A DNA stretch of 64,000 bases from positions 328-64,327 of the forward strand of contig DASPYG010000019.1 in the NCBI GenBank assembly GCA_035636885.1, written 5' to 3'. The DNA comes from Candidatus Nitrosopolaris sp. Lineage in GTDB: Bacteria; Chloroflexota; Dormibacteria; Dormibacterales; Dormibacteraceae. This document shows, in pieces, positions 55,133 to 64,000 of this stretch. The notes under the pieces were generated by a model, which worked only from the letters and a program-made list of their open reading frames with translations, searched no databases and had not been told where the DNA came from. The position numbers and the translations under genes are program-made. Numbering within the stretch: the stretch's first letter is position 1; every line of letters begins with the position of its first letter.

Positions 55133-56269
55133 CTAAGAGCGAGTAAGGAGGGCTTCGCGTGTGAAGAGCCGGAGGGCCACGAACCAGGCGAGGCCCCCGG
55201 TCGCCAGCAGGCTGAGCGACGTCACCGCGAGCGCCGGCCACGCCACCGTGTTGTGGACGATGGCGTCCCGCAGCACCAGCACCGCATTGAGGATCGGGAT
55301 CAGGTAGTAGGCGAGGCTGGGATTGAAATCGGGGATGAAGAGGACGATGGACGCCGGGAAGATCGTGATGAAGTACAGCGGCGTGACATAGGCCTGGCCC
55401 TGGCGAAACGTCTTCGCCAGAGTCCCCAGCGCCAGCGTCACGGCGCTGAAGCTGAACCCGATCAGAAGCGCGACCAGGACCATCAGCGGCACGGCGACCG
55501 GATTGAGGGTGATGTGCGTAGAGCCCGATGGCCCGGGCAGCGAGATCAGGGATAGCGCGACGAACATGGACCCGATCGCGGCTACGGCGGCGGCGAGGCT
55601 GATCGTCGTGACGGCCCCGATCTTGCCGAGCAGCACGCGGCTCCTTGGAGCCGGCGTCAGCAGAAGGCTCTCGAGGGTCCTGCGTTCTCGTTCCCCGGCC
55701 GTGCTGTCGAGGGCAGCCGAGAAGCCGCCGGTCAGGATCATCGTGATGAGGATGTAGGGCAGGAAGAAGCTTAGAAAGGCGTTCGATGCGGCCTTGATGG
55801 GCGAGCTCAGCGGGTGCGCGACCAGTTGCAGCGGGGTGAGGATGCCGGGGTCGATGTTGCGGCTCTGGAGCGCAGCAGCCGCTTTCGCGGCATTGTACTG
55901 GCCGAGCACGGTCTGGAGCCGGATGTCGGCAATCTGGGCGCTCTGCCGGGTGGGGTCGTAGTACTCGTCGACCTCATGGGGCAGGAACGCCACCGCGAGG
56001 TCGACCTGCTGCTTGGCTGCCCTTGCTGGATCGTCTACCTGTACCAGCCTGATCCCGGTCACGCGAAACAGCTCGTCGAGCCCGGTCGGGATGTTGCCCG
56101 TAAAACCGATCGTGTACGTCTGCGTCGCCGTCTTGGTCGAGATCTGCGATATCACTCCGAGCACGATCGGCGTCGCGAGCGCCGCCAGCCCGATCGCCAT
56201 GAGGGTGCGCCGGTCGCGGAGTATCTCGATGAGCTCCTTTCGATAGACAATCCACGTCGACCGCATCAC
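55133..56269 (-). CDS. ABC-2 type transporter permease (NatB-like)
   Basis: N-terminal TM helix, a large extracytoplasmic loop, then 5 C-terminal TM helices. Overlaps the ATPase gene by 4 nt. Confidence 0.8.
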   Translation of the reverse strand: MMRSTWIVYRKELIEILRDRRTLMAIGLAALATPIVLGVISQISTKTATQTYTIGFTGNIPTGLDELFRVTGIRLVQVDDPARAAKQQVDLAVAFLPHEVDEYYDPTRQSAQIADIRLQTVLGQYNAAKAAAALQSRNIDPGILTPLQLVAHPLSSPIKAASNAFLSFFLPYILITMILTGGFSAALDSTAGERERRTLESLLLTPAPRSRVLLGKIGAVTTISLAAAVAAIGSMFVALSLISLPGPSGSTHITLNPVAVPLMVLVALLIGFSFSAVTLALGTLAKTFRQGQAYVTPLYFITIFPASIVLFIPDFNPSLAYYLIPILNAVLVLRDAIVHNTVAWPALAVTSLSLLATGGLAWFVALRLFTREALLTRS

Positions 56270-56991
56270 TCCGCCCCGACGAGGTTCAAGAAGGCATCCT
56301 CGAGCTCCGGCCGGTTGCCACGAACCTCGGCCGTCGAACCACTCGCGACAACCTCACCCTGGTGGAGGATTGTGATGCGGTCGCACAGGCGCTCGGCGTC
56401 ATGCAGCACGTGGGTCGAGAAGATCACGCACTTGCCGCGGCCCTTCGACTCGACCATGAACTCGCGCACCTCTCTGGAAGCAAGCACGTCGAGGTTGGAG
56501 GTGGGCTCGTCGAACATGAGCAGCGGTGGGTCGTGGACGATCGCGCGCGCGATGGCGACCTTCTGCTTCTGCCCTGATGACAGGCTTTCGGCGCGCTGGC
56601 CGGCAAACGAGTCGATGTCCAGGCGCTCGATCACGGCGCCGACGCGGGATTTGAGCTCGCGGCCGTCAAGGCCGCTCAGCTGGGCGAAGTAAGCGATGTT
56701 CTCGCGCGCCGACAACCGCGGGTAGACGCCGATGTCGGCGGTGACCACGCCGACCCGGCGACGAACTTCCTCGGGCGCCGTCCGCGTGTCGAAGCCAAGA
56801 ACCTCGATGGATCCGGCGTCCGGCGACAGGAGCGTGGCGATGAGGCGCAGCGTGGTCGTTTTGCCGGCCCCGTTCGGGCCGAGCAATCCGAAGATCTCTC
56901 CGGGCTGGGCTTCAAATGAGATTCCGCGCAGAACCATGTTCTTTCCGAGCGTCTTCTCGAGGCGCTCGACCGAGACGGCGGGTTGCGTCAA
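56266..56991 (-). CDS. ABC transporter ATP-binding protein (NatA-like)
   Basis: GPNGAGKTT (Walker A), LSSGQKQK (signature), LLMFDEPT (Walker B). TTG start overlapping the upstream stop (TTGA). Confidence 0.9.
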   Translation of the reverse strand: MTQPAVSVERLEKTLGKNMVLRGISFEAQPGEIFGLLGPNGAGKTTTLRLIATLLSPDAGSIEVLGFDTRTAPEEVRRRVGVVTADIGVYPRLSARENIAYFAQLSGLDGRELKSRVGAVIERLDIDSFAGQRAESLSSGQKQKVAIARAIVHDPPLLMFDEPTSNLDVLASREVREFMVESKGRGKCVIFSTHVLHDAERLCDRITILHQGEVVASGSTAEVRGNRPELEDAFLNLVGAE

Positions 56992-57356
56992 CTCCTCTTC
57001 TTTGGCGAGCTCTTTGTGGACGCGGTGGACTTCGTGGCTGCGGCAGGGCGTTTGGGAGCCGCCTTCGCGGCAGACTTCGCTGCAGGTTTGGGCTTTGCCG
57101 TCGGGGCCGGGGCCGGCGCCGCGACAGCGGGCGCGGGCGCGGGCGGCGCTTCAGACTCGACAGTCTCTGGCGCCGGCTCGGTCGCGGCGATGCCGATCGA
57201 GCTCGAAATGGTGCGGTGACACGTCTCGCACGTGACGATCGTGCGCACCAGCGTGCCGAGCTGATGGGCCTCGCTGCGCAGTGTTCGTGGGCGGCCGCAG
57301 AACGAGCAGAAGCCGACCTCAGTCGTCACGACCACACTGCCTGGACGCTTGTTCAC
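56988..57356 (-). CDS. Zinc-ribbon protein (CxxC-x21-CxxC) with Pro/Ala/Lys-rich basic tail
   Basis: GFCSFCGRPRTL...IVTCETCHRT, then APPAPAPAVAAPAPAPTAKPKPAAKSAAKAAPKRPAAATKSTASTKSSPKKRS. GTG start. First gene of the ABC operon. Confidence 0.55.
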   Translation of the reverse strand: MNKRPGSVVVTTEVGFCSFCGRPRTLRSEAHQLGTLVRTIVTCETCHRTISSSIGIAATEPAPETVESEAPPAPAPAVAAPAPAPTAKPKPAAKSAAKAAPKRPAAATKSTASTKSSPKKRS

Positions 57357-57412
57357 CCCGCTTACGGTAGCTGATAAACTTCGCGCGACGGTTAGCCGTC
57401 GGGTTCCTTTAA

Positions 57413-57441
57413 GTCCGATCCACGAGAGGTCGGGAAGGAGG
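57413..57441 (+). promoter_or_regulatory. Putative PyrR-binding hairpin overlapping the pyrB Shine-Dalgarno
   Basis: GUCCGA-UCCACGAGAGG-UCGGGAAGGAGG. The loop resembles the PyrR-binding consensus UCCAGAGAGG, with one extra nucleotide. The 3' stem arm runs into GGAAGGAGG, 7 nt before the pyrB ATG (57449). Confidence 0.5.
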
Positions 57442-57448
57442 ATTTTTC

Positions 57449-63215
<5,767 letters not shown>

Positions 63216-63229
<14 letters not shown>

Positions 63230-64000
63230 CGCCCCGCTGGTGGCGAGGCGCGAAGTCGCTCGCGGGATGTTCGTGCTCTCGCTGGAAGCGCCGCAGGTCG
63301 CCGAGGCGGTTCGCGCCGGACAGTTCGTCAACCTCGGTTGGTCACCGGGGCCGCTGCTTCGACGGCCGTTCTCGGTCTACAAGACGGATGGCGGTCGCAT
63401 CGAGGTGATCCTCAAGGCGGTCGGAGTCGGCACCGCGCACCTGCTGCATATGAAGCCAGGCGAAATGATCAGCTGTCTCGGTCCTCTCGGCCACGGCTTC
63501 GATTTCCATTCGCCCCACCGGGGAGAGGGCGAGGGAGAGGGGCGTGCAGAACGACCACGATCGGTTGCGTTGGTGAGCGGAGGACTTGGAGTGGCGCCCA
63601 TGCCGCTGGCGGCGCGCGATGCGCGCGCGGCAGGCATGGAGGTGACCTGGGTGCACGGCGCCCGCAGCGCCGACGAGCTGTGCTCCGAGGCCGACGGCGA
63701 CGATGTGATCTGGGCCACGGACGACGGATCGAAAGGGTTCGCGGGCACAGCTGTCGATGCCGTTCCGGATGTCGACATGGTCCTCGCCTGCGGACCCAAC
63801 CGGATGCTCGCCGCCATGGCCATGCGCCGGCCGGACGCGCAGGTCGCGGTCGAGACCTACATGGGCTGTGGCACCGGCGTATGCCTCGGCTGCGCGGTGC
63901 CACTGGTGCGCGGCGGATACGACCGTGCCTGTAAGGAAGGGCCTGTCTATCGTGGCGCCGACATCGAATGGTCGATGCTGCCGTCGCATCTGCCCTACGC
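63216..64000 (+). CDS. pyrK: Dihydroorotate dehydrogenase electron-transfer subunit; 3' end beyond the window
   Basis: Translated by hand; there is no stop in the window. [21 protein letters not shown]...GQFVNL...RRPFSVY...[11 protein letters not shown]...ACGPNRML...[14 protein letters not shown] (2Fe-2S Cys cluster). The GTG at 63216 overlaps the carAB end by 14 nt. Confidence 0.85.

Overview
The window is GC-rich (roughly two-thirds G+C by eye), very compact bacterial chromosomal DNA. Many genes use GTG or TTG starts and 1-4 nt start/stop overlaps. Gene content looks like a high-GC Gram-positive or Terrabacteria lineage (GuaB3-type IMPDH paralog, a DUF881 pair, PurS/PurQ/PurL, PyrR). This placement is inference only; I could run no searches.

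Content in order:
- an SOS-box-preceded MrfA/MrfB-like helicase-exonuclease operon
- an ECF sigma/anti-sigma pair
- cysS
- a molybdopterin-binding protein, DUF309 and SAMHD1-like HD dNTPase string
- assorted metabolic genes
- two phasin-like genes
- two DUF881 genes
- gdh
- a lipid-related trio
- an orphan TadE-TadG-TadE operon
- guaB3-guaA
- an almost complete de novo purine cluster (purD, E, B, C, S, Q, L, F, M, N, H), interrupted by a two-subunit pyruvate carboxylase, a NUDIX gene and an opposite-strand ECF sigma/anti-sigma module
- kynA
- a small 4-Cys ORF coupled to an S9 peptidase
- MFS/MarR
- a third ECF module
- thiolase
- an ABC-2 exporter operon
- a pyrimidine operon (pyrB-pyrR-carAB-pyrK) in which carA and carB form one reading frame

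I found no rRNA, tRNA, CRISPR array, transposase or integrase.

The signals least explained by ordinary annotation are:
1. A dispersed, structured intergenic repeat family of about 110-125 nt. It has 5 copies, on both strands, with compensatory base changes in its hairpins.
2. A 184-bp tandem duplication carrying that element directly upstream of the small Cys-rich ORF and peptidase pair.
3. A separate 72-nt tandem repeat built from three hairpins upstream of guaB3.
4. The carA-carB fusion.
5. The Cys-rich orphan Tad-like operon.

All functional calls rest on motif recognition by eye from the supplied translations and my own translations of the two window edges. They need HMM/BLAST confirmation.
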